From contig JALDZX010000010.1 of the NCBI GenBank assembly GCA_022813865.1, forward strand, positions 434,001 to 498,000: 64,000 bases of DNA. The letters run 5' to 3'. This DNA is from Xylographa opegraphella (lineage: Eukaryota). Position numbers and translations under genes: made by a program. Shown here one piece after another: positions 13,190-27,800 of this stretch (positions within the stretch are counted from its first letter, which is position 1; each line of letters begins with the position of its first letter). The notes under the pieces were generated by a model, which saw nothing but the letters and a program-made list of their open reading frames with translations, made no database searches and was not told the origin of the DNA.

Positions 13190-13909
13190 TTAATACTCAC
13201 CTATATGGGCAGCAGGAATTAGAAAAATGGGCTGGAAATCAGCTGGCTCGGATGGCCAATAATCGTCGGAAGCACAAAGACGGATGCTACCATCCCTGGG
13301 CCCTTCTGTCCCTGACATGACTTCAATTCTCACTTTGCCATCAATAGGAGACTGGGAGGGGACGAATGGGGAGATAAAACGGCACCATCCACACCCCACT
13401 CCCTCGAGTTCGAGGTCATCTTTCCCTTGCCAGTATTGACACTCCCAATCTTCAACTTCCTCTACGCTTGCATTTGGCTTGAGATGTTTCTTCGTATTTT
13501 CTTTGGCGTTTTTATATCCTTTGGTATTTGTGCTTCGTTTGGCGTTGGCGATCGCGGTCCCTTTAGTTTTCGCGGTGCTTTTAGCGTTTGCGTTTCTTTT
13601 GTTGCCCTTGGTTTCCTTCACAGTCGTGCTTTGCTTAACATCCGTACTTCTCTCGACGTTCGTGCTTGCCTCGACTTTCTTGCTATCGTCGCAGTCCGCA
13701 CTATTCCCGACGTTCTTATTTTCCTCAATGTTCATGCTTTCCTTGACGTTTATCTTTTTCTTGACGTTCGTGTTTTCCTCGACGTTCCTGTCTCCTTCCA
13801 CGTCGCGCTTCCTCTTCGATATCGTCGATGGCCTCAAGCTGTATTTACGCTGCAATCCATGTCCTAACGCGTTGCCAGTACTTGATACCGTAGTCTCTGG
13901 TCGGACCAT
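13190..13909 (-). CDS. Hypothetical K/N/E/T-rich protein with 6-aa periodic repeats
   Basis: Open frame of ~240 aa with repeats NVEENT/NVKKKI/NVKESM/NIEENK/NVERST/DVKQST. The C-terminal part is more globular (WECQYW...GCGWCRF). Confidence 0.4.
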   Translation of the reverse strand: MVRPETTVSSTGNALGHGLQRKYSLRPSTISKRKRDVEGDRNVEENTNVKKKINVKESMNIEENKNVGNSADCDDSKKVEASTNVERSTDVKQSTTVKETKGNKRNANAKSTAKTKGTAIANAKRSTNTKGYKNAKENTKKHLKPNASVEEVEDWECQYWQGKDDLELEGVGCGWCRFISPFVPSQSPIDGKVRIEVMSGTEGPRDGSIRLCASDDYWPSEPADFQPIFLIPAAHIGEY

Positions 13910-14466
13910 AGTGCTTTTACGGGTGGAGTACACAGCGACCCGAAGTCTGCATTTGTCACGAGGCTTTGCAAGGCGTTCACGAGCATACGCCGGTATTGTT
14001 TACTTTCGCATCGCATGAGTTTTGCTTATATGTACAAGGGTGTGGTTGTACCACAGTAAAGCCGCAAGCGGCGCTAAAGTTTTAGCACTTTGAAGGTCGA
14101 TGGCCAAGTTAATGAATTATCACCTGCAGTAAATTGATTGAATATATTTGTTTCGTACTATATCTCCCTTCGATTCAATTCGTATGGGTCTTCTCTAGAA
14201 TTCCGTATTGTAGACTAATTGAACAAATTATAATATATGCCCATCATTCCATTGAATACCGCTCATCCTTACAATCCCAATGCCTGCGCCAAGACATCCA
14301 CGCTACCGTAACGCTAACGGCCAAAAACCGCAGCACCGACCGACTTCATGAGAACGACCCAATCTCACTGCCTCCACGAATTCCTCACTCACAACCACCG
14401 TCCAGCCAGCAGAACCACCCACAAACACGAACCCCCCATCGCCACCACCCACCACCACGCCCAAGC

Positions 14467-15024
14467 ATGCTCTTCCTCCGCCCCCTCCCGCCCCCCTCCG
14501 CACGCTTCATCCAGCACTTCCTCCGCACACTCACCACCGCACCCACGCCCCGCACGGAAAGTACGCCAGCCACCCACGCCCTCACATCCGCACCGCCCCC
14601 CCCAAAAAAGAAACTGACACTCTCCAGCCCCCCCCCTCGCTCCCGCGCCAGCCCTCCTCCCGCTCGCCCCCCTATCGTACCACGTCCACCGAACGGCATC
14701 GCAGCAGCTGCCGGTGTACCACCTGGCGAAGCGCGGGGGCAACCTGCACCAGACGCGGATCCGCAAGATAGAGGGGAACGTCGGCGATCTACGGGACCAG
14801 CTGCGGCTGGCGCTGGGGTTGAAGGAGGAGCAGATCGCGATCAATCAGACGACGCGGCATATAATCATCAAGGTAGGCCCGGGTGCTGCGATTCCGGGGG
14901 AATGTTGGGGTGCGGGGGGGGTGGGGATGGGGGTGTGACTTGCTCGTATGCTGCTGACCCACAATGTGCACAGGGATGGAAGAAGGCGGAAGTGGACAAA
15001 TTTCTCGAGGAGAGGAGTTTCTGA
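14467..15024 (+). CDS. IMG2: Mitochondrial ribosomal protein mL49 (Img2)
   Basis: Presequence-like MLFLRPLPP, then YHVHRTASQQLPVYHLAKRGGNLHQTRIRKIEG...HIIIK, intron 14873-14973, GWKKAEVDKFLEERSF. A frame change is needed within the poly-C runs at ~14595-14675. Confidence 0.8.
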   Translation: MLFLRPLPPPSARFIQHFLRTLTTAPTPRTESTPATHALTSAPPPPKKKLTLSSPPPRSRASPPPARPPIVPRPPNGIAAAAGVPPGEARGQPAPDADPQDRGERRRSTGPAAAGAGVEGGADRDQSDDAAYNHQGRPGCCDSGGMLGCGGGGDGGVTCSYAADPQCAQGWKKAEVDKFLEERSF

Positions 15025-15319
15025 GATGAGATGTGGTTGAGAGGCTTGCCGAGTTTGAAACCTGTAATTACGATGACTTGTACCGCGGTTCTCTTTGTGG
15101 GTCTTTATGTACAGGTCGGTTGTTTATACATTACGGCTCTTACACACGCAGGTCTTTCCAACCCAATAGCTCAACCCGCCACCTAGCGTCGTATCCATAG
15201 AATGACCCTTTCATGCTGTTTTCCAACTAAGCCACGATGAATTTGGTTATGTTAAACGTCGAGATATGTTTCCGAGCGGCATCTGCTGTGAAAAGCTCTA
15301 TACTCTAAGCCCCTTACAA

Positions 15320-18300
15320 TCAGCTCTCCAGCCCCGCGAGAGCGCAAAGCTGGCGTACAACTTTCTGGTCCATTCGATCGCTTTGCAGAGCCCAGAGAAG
15401 ACTCTCCTTCCTTGGTATGATTCCAGCTAGCAGAGAGGCTGATAGTGGATCCGAGTCCTTGGATTTCTCTGCTAAATTCCGTAAGATACTGGTGCCCAGA
15501 TTCATGATCATAATATCGCCTTCAGGGTCGAAGTGTCGTACTCTCTTATTCTGAACATGGGGCTGCTCGACGCTACAGCAGGACAGAAGTCTAAGTAAGC
15601 TCGTCGCAAAACCATCTTCCGACGTAAGCCATGACCTCGCTAGGAAATGTTCTGTAGCTGGAACCAAAGTAACCAAGATGTCTGCGGCTATCAAGCCATG
15701 GGCTACGAAACCCTTACGGATTTCCAATATCGTCAACTGATGCCGAGAATAGTGCGGTATCGGGGCAATAGCAAGGCCAAATGCTCGACTCAAAAGATCG
15801 TATGGTGGGCTCGATGCGCTATCTGCCGCGAATATGGTTTTGTAAAATGTACGGTTTGGGTCGTCTCTTGCAAGGATCTTGGCTAGGCTAGCAACTGCTG
15901 CAGGGAGATATTGATGCATTGCTGGATCGTAGCTAGAGAACATAACAGCACCAGAACCACAAGCTGTAGGCGACGGCAATGGTGCGAACGACAACAGAAA
16001 ATGTAATATACACAGTGCTTCTTCCTTCCCGGGGAGTTTGATCGAATCTGCCAAGTTTTTCAGGTAAATAACAACATCCTTGGAAAAGTCGAGGGTATTT
16101 CGATGGGTGCGGAGGAACATGTTCCGAGTACCAAGATATCGGATGACCGTTGTCATGAACTTTATCACATGCGACTCGGCAAGAATCTCATGATTCCGGG
16201 GCTTGTCGGTCAAGTTCCGCAAAATTGTGGTGATACAGATGAGTTTGTCGACCGCCCGGTCCAAGTCGTAGTTCAAGGTACCAAATGCTGGTATGTCAAG
16301 TAACGACTTGCCCTCTAGATGACACCCCCGGACGACTTCTTCGTAAGGATTGATTAACATCACGTCCGAAACCTCAGCGGCACTTTCGGCCAGGAATTCG
16401 ACTTGTTCCTCAGCACAATCGACCAGTGTCTCCACGAGATCCTCACATTGGCTGAGCAGAGGTATATGTCGCTCGTCTTCAACTGTACTTGTAGATGAAA
16501 TCGTTGCCAATGTATCAAGAGAAACTCTGACCTCAGCATGTATCCCGCTTCTCAGACTCATGGTCAGTGCCCGTATGTCAACATTACCAAGCTCGTAGAC
16601 CTTAGGGACGTTGGGCTTGTCTGCCAGGAGCGGTATGATAGTGTTGTTCACCCAACTGAGTTGAATTCCACCATAGAAATATGTGCTCTTCTCAGGGTCT
16701 ATGTTTGGCGCATCCATTTTATTATCGGCATATGGAACCAACTCATCATTCCATGGTTTCTCTTCTCCGATCCTCTCCTCTTTCTGGTGCTTCGAGCCCA
16801 GGTGTGGTTCCGTTTTCATGGTCATGGGTGTTGGAGTAGAGAAGGAGGTCAGACGTGCACGCGAAGTGGTCATCTGTAACTCTGTAGCCCCTCCTGGTTG
16901 AGGCACTCCGTATGTGCTTTGCGATTGATTTGGTACATGAACTGCTTGAGGGGTTGCATAACCATTGAGATGCGCTTGGCGTATGTCGTGCTGAGGCACC
17001 ATTCCCGGCTTTACGGATGTCTGGAAATCACCAGCGGATGGACGCCTTGTATGCGACATGGATGGAGGCATGTGGTTCTGGGAATGTAGTTGCTTGACGG
17101 GAGAGAATTGGTCCGGTGGCGGTGCCGAATGATCGCCTTGGGGGGGTTGAGACATACCAGTCATCGGATTATGCGCTGGTCGATGCCTCAGTGGTGTTTG
17201 CTGTTGTTGTAGGTTCAGCAGAACAGCCTGTTCCCAAGGATATAGATTAATTCGCCAATAGCTTTGTATCTCTTGGGCACCTGTAGGGTATTGCACCGGC
17301 GGCGCTCCCAGCGAAGCCGCAACTGTTTGCCAGTGACCATTATCGGTGACCTTTTTCGAGCCGCCATACTTCATTATCATACTCCACAACTGTACCGGAT
17401 GAAGTGGACGACCGCCAAAGACAGGACTGGCATTGAAAGGCAAACCGTTCGACTGCATCCAGCGGGTGACGTTGTGCAACCATTGATCTGGATTTGGTGG
17501 GCGAAACAAAGCTTGCTGCTGATATGCTTGCTGCATACGTGCTTGCTGATAATTGGCCATTTGTGCGGAGGAAGGGTTGTTGCCGCCTACATGGTGGCGT
17601 TGCTGAGCGGCCTCGTTGTTCGCTTGAATTTGACGCGCCAGTTGGTGCTGTCTTATATCGTACATCCGCTGCTGCTGCTGAACGTTGGGTACGTTGTTCA
17701 GGTATGAGCTAGAGGTGCCTCCTTGACCACCCATACTGGACGCACCCGCTGGGGGTATGTAGGGCTGTGCTTGGCCTTGTCCGTAGTGCATACCCGGCAT
17801 GTACGGATGCCCTCCACTCTGTGGTGCATCTATTCGACTTCCATAGTCAGAATGAGGGGAGGCTTGTGAGACATAATTTGGGGCGCCCGGTGAGAAGGGT
17901 GAGGGCGAGACGGTCTGCATACGCTGTGGCATTGCTTGACCGTTGAAGTGTTGGTCCTGCATGTGCGGCGAAGGACTCGCATTGCTCGAGCCAGCCCGTT
18001 GAAGATGCTGGTATGGTGTGGGGGTAGGCATTTGGTGAGAGCCATTGACGTTGCCGGGGTAGCCGCCATATGGTGCCTGTTGTGGTGTTTGCGAGCGCGA
18101 CGAGGGAAGTGCACCAGGTGCTTGTCTAGGCGACGCACCATAGACATCGGAGCCACCCCGTGTTCTCTTGGAGGGCACAACGGACTGGGTGTGATAGAGC
18201 GGGGGTTGGAACGCTGGTGACCCGTTGCGGACGGCCCCATTTTGTAGCCGTTGTTGCAACTGCGGATTCTGCATATGGTTGAAGTCGAAGTTAGTGGAGG

Positions 18301-18406
18301 TCGGGCTCTGCAGGAAGCCCATTGATGGATCGACAGAGGAATTGAAGCTGCCATGATCGTGGTTCGAGACGGCAGGTACGTCGTTGAGCCAAGCTGGCAT
18401 ACTCAT
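15320..18406 (-). CDS. SWI1: SWI/SNF complex ARID-domain subunit (Swi1/Sol1-like)
   Basis: Q/P-rich N-terminus, ARID domain (GGRPLHPVQLWSMIMKYGGSKKVT...WQTVA) and C-terminal LGNVDIRALTMSLRSGIHAEV...ITTILRNL region. Confidence 0.85.
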   Translation of the reverse strand: MSMPAWLNDVPAVSNHDHGSFNSSVDPSMGFLQSPTSTNFDFNHMQNPQLQQRLQNGAVRNGSPAFQPPLYHTQSVVPSKRTRGGSDVYGASPRQAPGALPSSRSQTPQQAPYGGYPGNVNGSHQMPTPTPYQHLQRAGSSNASPSPHMQDQHFNGQAMPQRMQTVSPSPFSPGAPNYVSQASPHSDYGSRIDAPQSGGHPYMPGMHYGQGQAQPYIPPAGASSMGGQGGTSSSYLNNVPNVQQQQRMYDIRQHQLARQIQANNEAAQQRHHVGGNNPSSAQMANYQQARMQQAYQQQALFRPPNPDQWLHNVTRWMQSNGLPFNASPVFGGRPLHPVQLWSMIMKYGGSKKVTDNGHWQTVAASLGAPPVQYPTGAQEIQSYWRINLYPWEQAVLLNLQQQQTPLRHRPAHNPMTGMSQPPQGDHSAPPPDQFSPVKQLHSQNHMPPSMSHTRRPSAGDFQTSVKPGMVPQHDIRQAHLNGYATPQAVHVPNQSQSTYGVPQPGGATELQMTTSRARLTSFSTPTPMTMKTEPHLGSKHQKEERIGEEKPWNDELVPYADNKMDAPNIDPEKSTYFYGGIQLSWVNNTIIPLLADKPNVPKVYELGNVDIRALTMSLRSGIHAEVRVSLDTLATISSTSTVEDERHIPLLSQCEDLVETLVDCAEEQVEFLAESAAEVSDVMLINPYEEVVRGCHLEGKSLLDIPAFGTLNYDLDRAVDKLICITTILRNLTDKPRNHEILAESHVIKFMTTVIRYLGTRNMFLRTHRNTLDFSKDVVIYLKNLADSIKLPGKEEALCILHFLLSFAPLPSPTACGSGAVMFSSYDPAMHQYLPAAVASLAKILARDDPNRTFYKTIFAADSASSPPYDLLSRAFGLAIAPIPHYSRHQLTILEIRKGFVAHGLIAADILVTLVPATEHFLARSWLTSEDGFATSLLRLLSCCSVEQPHVQNKRVRHFDPEGDIMIMNLGTSILRNLAEKSKDSDPLSASLLAGIIPRKESLLWALQSDRMDQKVVRQLCALAGLES

Positions 18407-20104
18407 CTCGATGTGAGGCTACACTCACCCATCTGTGTATATCAGCAGTTAGCATTGCGACGACAGTGATGTAGTGACTCCACATGAAAGTGACAAGAAT
18501 TCCCTGGCAGATGGTATATCCTTGGATGGTCCTGACGCGCCGACATGGCCGATGTCCATGGCAACACGGTCGACAGCAGGCAACGGCGACAAACACAGGC
18601 CTGACGGATCGGGTACTCCGGTGTGCGCATTCACGACGACGCTCTTCCGCATCGACGTCCAGAAGGGGACAGACGTAGGTCAAACGTTCGGCGAAGGTGT
18701 GAAGGGCAGCTGGGCTACTGACCTGAAAATGGAACGTTCTGGTTCGCCAGGCTGAGATGAGGGTGACTGACTGTACCCAGCAGGTATGCGGATAGGCAAC
18801 CCTCCATGATTGTTAGCAGTCAGCACATGGAGAGCACCAGAGCCCGAGCCTTCGAAAGCTTATTCCGGGCAGATGTAGGAGTCCACAAGTATGCGCCAGG
18901 AGCATTAGGTCAAAACAAGGGATCGTGTGGACTGAGGCACTCGAGCGCGTTCCACCGAAGGCAGCACGGGGGAAGTCCCAGGCGAGACAGAGCGACCATG
19001 CGATGGGGCCAATAAGCAGATTCTGATTTTCTTTAGCTTACCAGGTATGAATGTGTTCCACCCTTTCACGATAAGTCGACCGAGCTAAGACTTTGGATGA
19101 ACAGATTGCGGGGAAGGGGCGGTCGTGATGGCGATGCTGCGCTGCGGTTGCGGTGGTAGTATCTTGTGTTCGGTCTGAGTCTGTCCGGGAAGGCTCGATC
19201 GTGGAGAAAGTCCCTTAGCGCATCCGAGAGGAGGCAGAGCATGGAGAGACTAACCGCTCCGTGCGCGGCCTCACGAATAATACTATCATGCGTCCAGCAA
19301 CTACGACGATACAATCATCACCAACAATATATCATCATCATATTTAATTCGAGTGAGGATGCGACTGGGGCCAGACGCATCATGGCTTGTCGGTAGTCTA
19401 GATCTGATAGTGACGCTTCGCTCCAAGTCTGTCTACCCATGGCGGTGGAACTGCGACCACGCTGCCCAAGACACACCACTGACACATGCTGCGAGCCAAT
19501 CATCATGCCGCAATGACTGTCTGCCCATACAGCATTCTCTCGATGGGGCCGTGAGCCAATAACGAGCCGCTGTCTCACCCGAAGAGGATCATCGGGGGTG
19601 CGGATCTCGACGCTTCACTCTGCTGTTCAACGGTCGATAACGCCTTGTCCACCGTACTTGAGACCAACGAGAAACGTGGGAGCCGATCCCGCCATGCTGC
19701 ATGGCTCCATCAGCTGCAAGTGCCAGGTCGTGACAACCCAGCGACAGCAGCACAGGCTAGGGACATGGCAGATTTCTGTCAAGACGTCGTAGTACCGTCC
19801 ACCTCCGATCCGTGAAAGGTGGCAGCAGCTGTTGCAAGGGTAGTCAAGGCCGAAGCTGCAGCCACATCAAACCAATGAGGTCTGGTAATCAATACTGACT
19901 GATCAACTCGATTCGACGGCAGCGAGTAAGCGCTACAGCACCAACGTAATTTGTAGACTACAGCCTGGTTTCTTCGACGTAGGGTGCAATTATTGGGCTG
20001 TAACGAAACGATCTATTCTCTCTGCACTTCTATGCCATCGCGGTGAGTGGGACTGAATGTAGTTCCACCGAGTAGAGCGAAATTGCACCGTTCGACCGGA
20101 AGCC

Positions 20105-20132
20105 AGCTCCAAGTTTCCCGTGTGGAGGAGCT
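20105..20132. promoter_or_regulatory. Two GGAGCT motifs (candidate Rpn4 proteasome-gene elements) upstream of RPT3
   Basis: AGCTCC at 20105-20110 and GGAGCT at 20127-20132, ~300 bp upstream of the RPT3 ATG. GGAGCT is, from memory, the motif reported for proteasome genes of filamentous ascomycetes. Confidence 0.5.
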
Positions 20133-20434
20133 TTCTACATAAGGTCAGAAGAGAGACCCAGAGTTGAGGCCGACTTGACGGGGCTCTTCCATAGAACGAG
20201 CCGAAGACTCTATTTCCACAAAGCTTATTTTACACTTACACTCACACTTCCGCTCAAGCAACACGTCAGAACTTATGCCCACACACCAGGAGACTTCATT
20301 CGCCCACCACTCTGGTGTGATATAACCCATCTTTGTGTCTCAGAAATCACCGTCGAGTCAAATCCAATAAAGTGTACCCTAGTCCAGCTCTTTGACAGTA
20401 ACCTCCTCGACTTCTATCACGACAGTTTTCAACC

Positions 20435-22124
20435 ATGGGAGACGTTGCTATTGAAAATCCTGCCAACATCATTGCACCGCACAAGAGACAGACACCCTCC
20501 AACTCCATTCCAAATATCGATTCTTTAGAGGGCTTGAATACCGACGGAAGTGATGAGTACTCTACACTGAAGAAGCTTCAAAGGCACTTGGAGTAAGTTT
20601 CGGATTGCAGGGTCTACGTCGGTGGAAGCTGACACGTGTAGATATATAAATTTACAAGAGGAGTATATCAAGGATGAGCAGCGGTATATACTTCCCTGAC
20701 TCTTATTTACAAGAAACCAAACAGTGCTGATGATGTCTGCAGAAGTCTTAAGAGGGAGTTGGTCCGGGCCCAAGAGGAGATCAAACGAATACAAAGCGTA
20801 CCTCTGGTGATCGGACAGTTCATGGAAGCGATCGACCAGAAGTAAGCTCGCACGAACAGCTGCCATGTCGTATACTGATGCCGGAGTAGCACTGGCATCG
20901 TGCAGTCTTCTACTGGTTCCAACTATGTCGTCAGAATACTCTCAACACTGGACCGAGAGAAGCTGAAACCGTCGTCATCCGTCGCGCTCCACCGTCACTC
21001 GAATTCATTAGTCGATATCCTCCCTCCAGAAGCCGACTCGTCGATTGCGATGCTTGGTGCCCATGAGAAGCCAGATGTGACATACGCAGATGTCGGTGGT
21101 CTGGATATGCAGAAGCAAGAGATCAGAGAAGCTGTTGAGTTACCGTTGACCCACTTCGATCTCTACAAGCAGATAGGTATGAAGGCCGGCGCCCAAGAAT
21201 CCTCAAACTTTGGGTAATAATATCATTTTAGGTATTGATCCTCCTCGAGGCGTACTTCTCTATGGTCCGCCAGGCACAGGTGAGTCTACATTCTTCTCGT
21301 CCAGTTCACTCAACCTCTAAATCCAAAACGATTTATATACTTATAATCTTTCATCATTCGACTCCCCTTCCATTCTGGAGGAGTAACAGCAGCACGTCGA
21401 GCGGATTTCCATTAACGCACTGCATATCATAGGCAAAACCATGCTTGTCAAAGCCGTCGCTAACAGCACTACTGCAAACTTCATAAGAGTGGTTGGATCC
21501 GAATTTGTCCAGAAATATCTAGGGGAAGGCCCTCGCATGGTCCGGGACGTATTCAGAATGGCACGAGAAAACTCGCCTGCGATTATTTTCATCGATGAAA
21601 TTGATGCAATAGCCACGAAGCGGTTTGATGCCCAGACAGGGGCCGACAGAGAGGTTCAGCGCATCCTACTGGAATTGCTGAACCAGATGGATGGTTTCGA
21701 CCAGACCAGTAACGTCAAGGTCATAATGGCAACAAATCGTGCAGATACACTAGATCCTGCTTTGCTACGACCTGGTCGGCTGGATCGGAAGATTGAGTTT
21801 CCGTCGCTGAGAGATCGAAGAGAGCGACGATTAATATTCACAACCATTTCATCTAAGATGTCGTTATCACCAGAGGTAGACCTAGACTCGCTCATCATTC
21901 GCAACGACCCTCTTTCTGGGGCTATCATTGCTGCCATCATGCAGGAAGCTGGGTTGAGAGCTGTAAGGAAGAATAGGTACAACATTATACAGGCAGATTT
22001 GGAGGACGCATATTCTAGCCAAGTAAAGGGTGCGCAGGAGGCAGAAAAGTAAGTTTCTGGACAGGAGCATATCTCTTAGATTTATCGTGCTAACGCAATC
22101 TGCAGATTCGATTTTTACAAGTAG
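20435..22124 (+). CDS. RPT3: 26S proteasome regulatory ATPase subunit Rpt3 (6B), multi-exon
   Basis: [25 protein letters not shown], Walker A GPPGTG|KT split by an intron, Walker B IIFIDEID, and [26 protein letters not shown]. Ends FDFYK-stop. Confidence 0.96.
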
Positions 22125-22666
22125 TAGACCCACTAGCAGGCTGAGCCTTATTGCTACGCTGGATTTTGAACAACAGAAAACGTCGAAACACATCAAATCT
22201 GAAGCCAGGGAAGATATGTGCAATGACGCTATCGGGCTTTCGTAGACTCCTCGCCCTGCGATTGTTCTGGACGAAACAGAAGGGGGTATTAATACTGCAT
22301 ACCTACCGATACTCATTTTGCACACATTTAATGTGAACGCGAGAGGCTTAATAACAGCTAGATCGCTTTTTCACAAGAATGAAGAATGCCTGATCCCATC
22401 CGTGACTTCCTCATTTACGTTAATTGTATACGATACAGACACTCTGCGGCTGCCTGTACGACGTACCGTAGTACCTGTGGATTGGACCCTGACAGTAGGT
22501 AGTTAGGTTAGACGTCGTCATGCCAGCCACTTCTCGCGCTAGACCTTATTAGGGCCGAGTCATGCTTGCGTCTCCACGCCTCTCTTGCTGCCTTCACGAC
22601 CTCGTTCCATTCCTCCTTTTTTACATCGGTTCGCCACATCACCTATTTGCTCTTAATAACAAATAA

Positions 22667-24081
<1,415 letters not shown>

Positions 24082-24889
24082 GCCCTTCGAATACCGCTTT
24101 GAAATGAGAAGCAAAGCATCGTATTGTTGGAAAGGTGGATGGAGAAGTGTGGAAAGGATGGATATGGGCGGTCGTGAAGGAGTTTGGTGGTGGAGCCTGG
24201 CACAGACTAATCTGTATACTTCATATCCTTCTGTTTGCTCGGCTGTACTATAAGTCCTTGCTAGCAACCAGAAAATGCCACTACTTCCAGTACTTCCTTA
24301 TCGCAGTAAATTGCACTGTACACTTTCATGGGCTGGTGATAGCATGTGAAAGTCACGAGGTACTCCCAAACCACAAGTACCTCAAGGTATGAAATCTGTG
24401 TTCCGCAATGATCGATATTGAAACGGCCGTGGAAGATACAACGTACAAAGAAATTTGTTTGGCGGTTGTCCCCTGGTGCAAGACACAAAGAAATTCTATC
24501 CGATTTGGAAATAATTCCCGACTCCTACTCGCACGTTGGCATTCTGCGAAAGTCCGAGGCGAGATCAGGGTCACGAAACTTTTACAAGCGTGGTCACAGC
24601 CCTATATGATTGCCAGCCAAGATTAAATGATCTACTCTTTATGTACATAAACACATACTTCGTGTTACCGGACACTCAAGCATAAACAAGGTCCTCGTGG
24701 TATTATGCCTTTGGTCCTGGTGCATTCTGGCGCTGCAGAAATGACTCTTTCCCGAGGTTTTCGGTAGCAACTTTGTTGCCTTATCGCGATCACCTGAGCA
24801 GGAAGGTCTGCGGGCTTGGTCATTTGTTAGGCATCTCTGCGAATCAGCAAAGATAACCTTTGGACAGAGTCCTTATACAACTCGCCACT

Positions 24890-27800
24890 ATGGACTCCAC
24901 AGGTGAAGAGCACTCGAAAAAGTTTGGCAGGAAGCTCACCAAGCTGCGGAAGCCCAACAGGCATGCTTCAGTACAATATCCGGAGCGTCTCCAACCTGGA
25001 GACGATGTTCAGGAGGATGTTACGGCGCCGAAGGGCAAAATGCCAACCTACATGAATCAATCCGTTTTCGGTATGATTGCTGCTGCTGGCTCCAAATCCG
25101 ATTTCCATGCGAGGTTCGACGACGAGAGCAGCGGCAGCAGCGATGAGGAGGAAAACGGTCAGAAACTCCCAGGGGCAGATGCTCAGGAGGCTCAAAGGAC
25201 TTCAAAGGGTGTAGCTGAAGAGCAAATGCAGACGCAAGAGAGAAGTGGAAAACCAAGCACGGATAGCAAAAACGGCTTCAATATGAGGCTTCGAAGGTCA
25301 TTACCAAAATTGCATCTGAGAACGGCAAAAGAGAAGAAATACATGTCACAAAGTAGTATTCTACCCGCTGCCGATTCCGAGTTATCTACAAGAGCTTCAG
25401 ATGTTGCCACACCACGAGACGCACCTTTGATGAGCCGTATGCTCGAAGCGCAAGCCCAGATGATTTCATCTACTGCGGACTTGAAGAAGACTACGGGGCT
25501 ACCTGAAGCCCTGACGACAGGGAACTCAAAGGAGTTGGATGGCAAAACGACGCTTGTAACACGTCTGATGGAGATATTTGGATTTGCGAAGCCGGAAGAG
25601 GTGATATCTGGTGTGTTGGCTATTGGCTGTCGGCTGCCCTGGTTGCTGATTTTTTGTGGCAGAGTACCCATGCTGGCTCTTGCAAAGCGTTCTTCTCCAG
25701 GGATACATGTACATTACAGAGCACCATATCTGCTTCTACGCTTATTTACCAAAGAAATCTGTAAGCTCTTCTGGGGATAGTGACAACCATGCGGTAGCTT
25801 ACACAAATTAGAACGTCACTGCAAAGTCTGGCTATCTCTCGAAACGCGGCAAGCAAAATCCCAAATTCAGTCGCTATTGGTTTACTCTTAGAGGAGACGT
25901 ACTCTCATACTACGCTGACCCTTCCGACCTCTACTTCCCCAGTGGAAATATCGATTTACGTTACGGCATATCTGCGGCTTTGGCTGAACATAAGGACAAG
26001 AGCAAAGACATCCTGAACTTTACGGTGGTCACACATCAACGAACGTACTTTTTCAAGGCCGATAGTCCTGCCAGTGCCAAAGAATGGGTGAAGACTTTGC
26101 AGAAAGTCATCTTTCGCTCGCATAATGATGGAGACAGCGTCAAGATATCCTTACCTATTGAGAATGTTATAGATGTCGAGGAAAGCCCGGTGATAGATTT
26201 CGCAGAAACGATGAAGATACGAGTTGTTGACAGTGACGAAACATATGCTATAGATGAGGTATCTTCCGGTCAAAACCCCTACCCCCGCTTCAATAGCTAA
26301 ATTATGGATAGTACTTTTTCTCGTTCTTCAGCTTCGGCAGAGATGCATTCGATGTTCTACAGTCCTTGATCGATGATACCACCGCACAGAAAATTCCTAT
26401 GGAATTCCTGTCTCCGTCTACATTTCGCAATGGAACTCCCAGCCCTCGCAGTCGATCACCAGACTCGAAACGATCTCCATATATTCGGTCGAACAGTCCT
26501 CTGGATCTTAATACCCCCGTCCTTCGCGAAAGTGTCCTTGCAACACTCTCCCCCGGAGGACTCCCTCTTGGTGGCCGAGGAAGTCCCCGAGCAAGTGGTG
26601 AATGGACGAGACCAAGTGTGGATCAACAGCGGAGAAGTATTGATATGACAAGGGCTGATCGCACCACTTTCGATGATCGTGGCCGAAGGAGTGCAAGCAC
26701 GAGCCGGGTGGGCATTGCTGCGAAGCGGCCCGCAGAACAATCGCAATCCTCGAAGCCACTGGGATCATCGGACTCGTATGTACATTCACTGGAGCCGAGT
26801 ACAGTATCATCGGCGCCAAATCGATCGAGCGATGACATGCAAGCCTCTGCAAGCCAGATACTCAATCGGAGCGATGTTTTCAACTCGCCGACTATCCACC
26901 GTCTTCAACAATCACCCAATCATTTGGTGGACGAGACAGGGAGAGATTCGGCGGATGTTACGAGTCCTGTTTCCACCGATGAGTCAAATCAAATGCTAGC
27001 ACCAGCGAGGGCCCAAACCTTTTCGAATAGGTCAAAGCAAGTCCGTAACGACCAACTCAGACGGGCGTCCACGGACGACTTTGCATCATTAGCGGGACAG
27101 CACAAAGAGAAGGAATATCCTAACCCGAACCCGACTCTGCAGCAGCTGGTCAAAGCTGGAAGCTATCCATTGCAGCGAGCTGCGGGATTCGCTGGATATC
27201 TCAAAAGAGGCTCAAAAAGAATGAGTAATCTACTCGCAACAGAGTCCATGGGCTATGTGGAGAAAGTGTCAGGCATGTGGGCAGGTGGCCGAAGGCACTA
27301 TGGTGATGCAGAAGGGATTGTGACTGAGCACGGACAGGACGAGACGGTCGATGAAGAGGATCCGGACGGCTCCGGGGATCGGTTTAGAGCACACTTTGCT
27401 CTACCAGCTACGGAAAAGTTACAAGCGACATATTTCGGCTACCTTCATCGAGTCCTACCGCTCTACGGTAAGATTTATATCAGTAATAGGAGTTTTTGTT
27501 TTCGAAGTCTGCTGCCCGGTACAAAGACCAAAATGGTACTACCTATGAAAGACATCGAGAATGTTGACAAAGAGAAAGGGTTCAGGTTTGGCTATTCAGG
27601 CCTCGTGATCGTCATTCGTGCATTTGAAGAACTGTTCTTCGAGTTCCGGCAAGCTGATCTTCGGGATGACTGTGCTGTGACTTTGCTGCAAAATCTTGAG
27701 TCGGTCAGGTATCTTCATGAATCAGGTCTTTTAACGCAAGAAGATAAAGCTGAAGCGGCGACGGCCAAAGCGGAGCACAGAATGTTGCAAGCGGCCCGTC

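Noticed and set aside
20040..20105. GTTCGA-containing segment resembling a tRNA T-loop
   Set aside because: No cloverleaf could be folded. No tRNA or rRNA gene was identified in the window.
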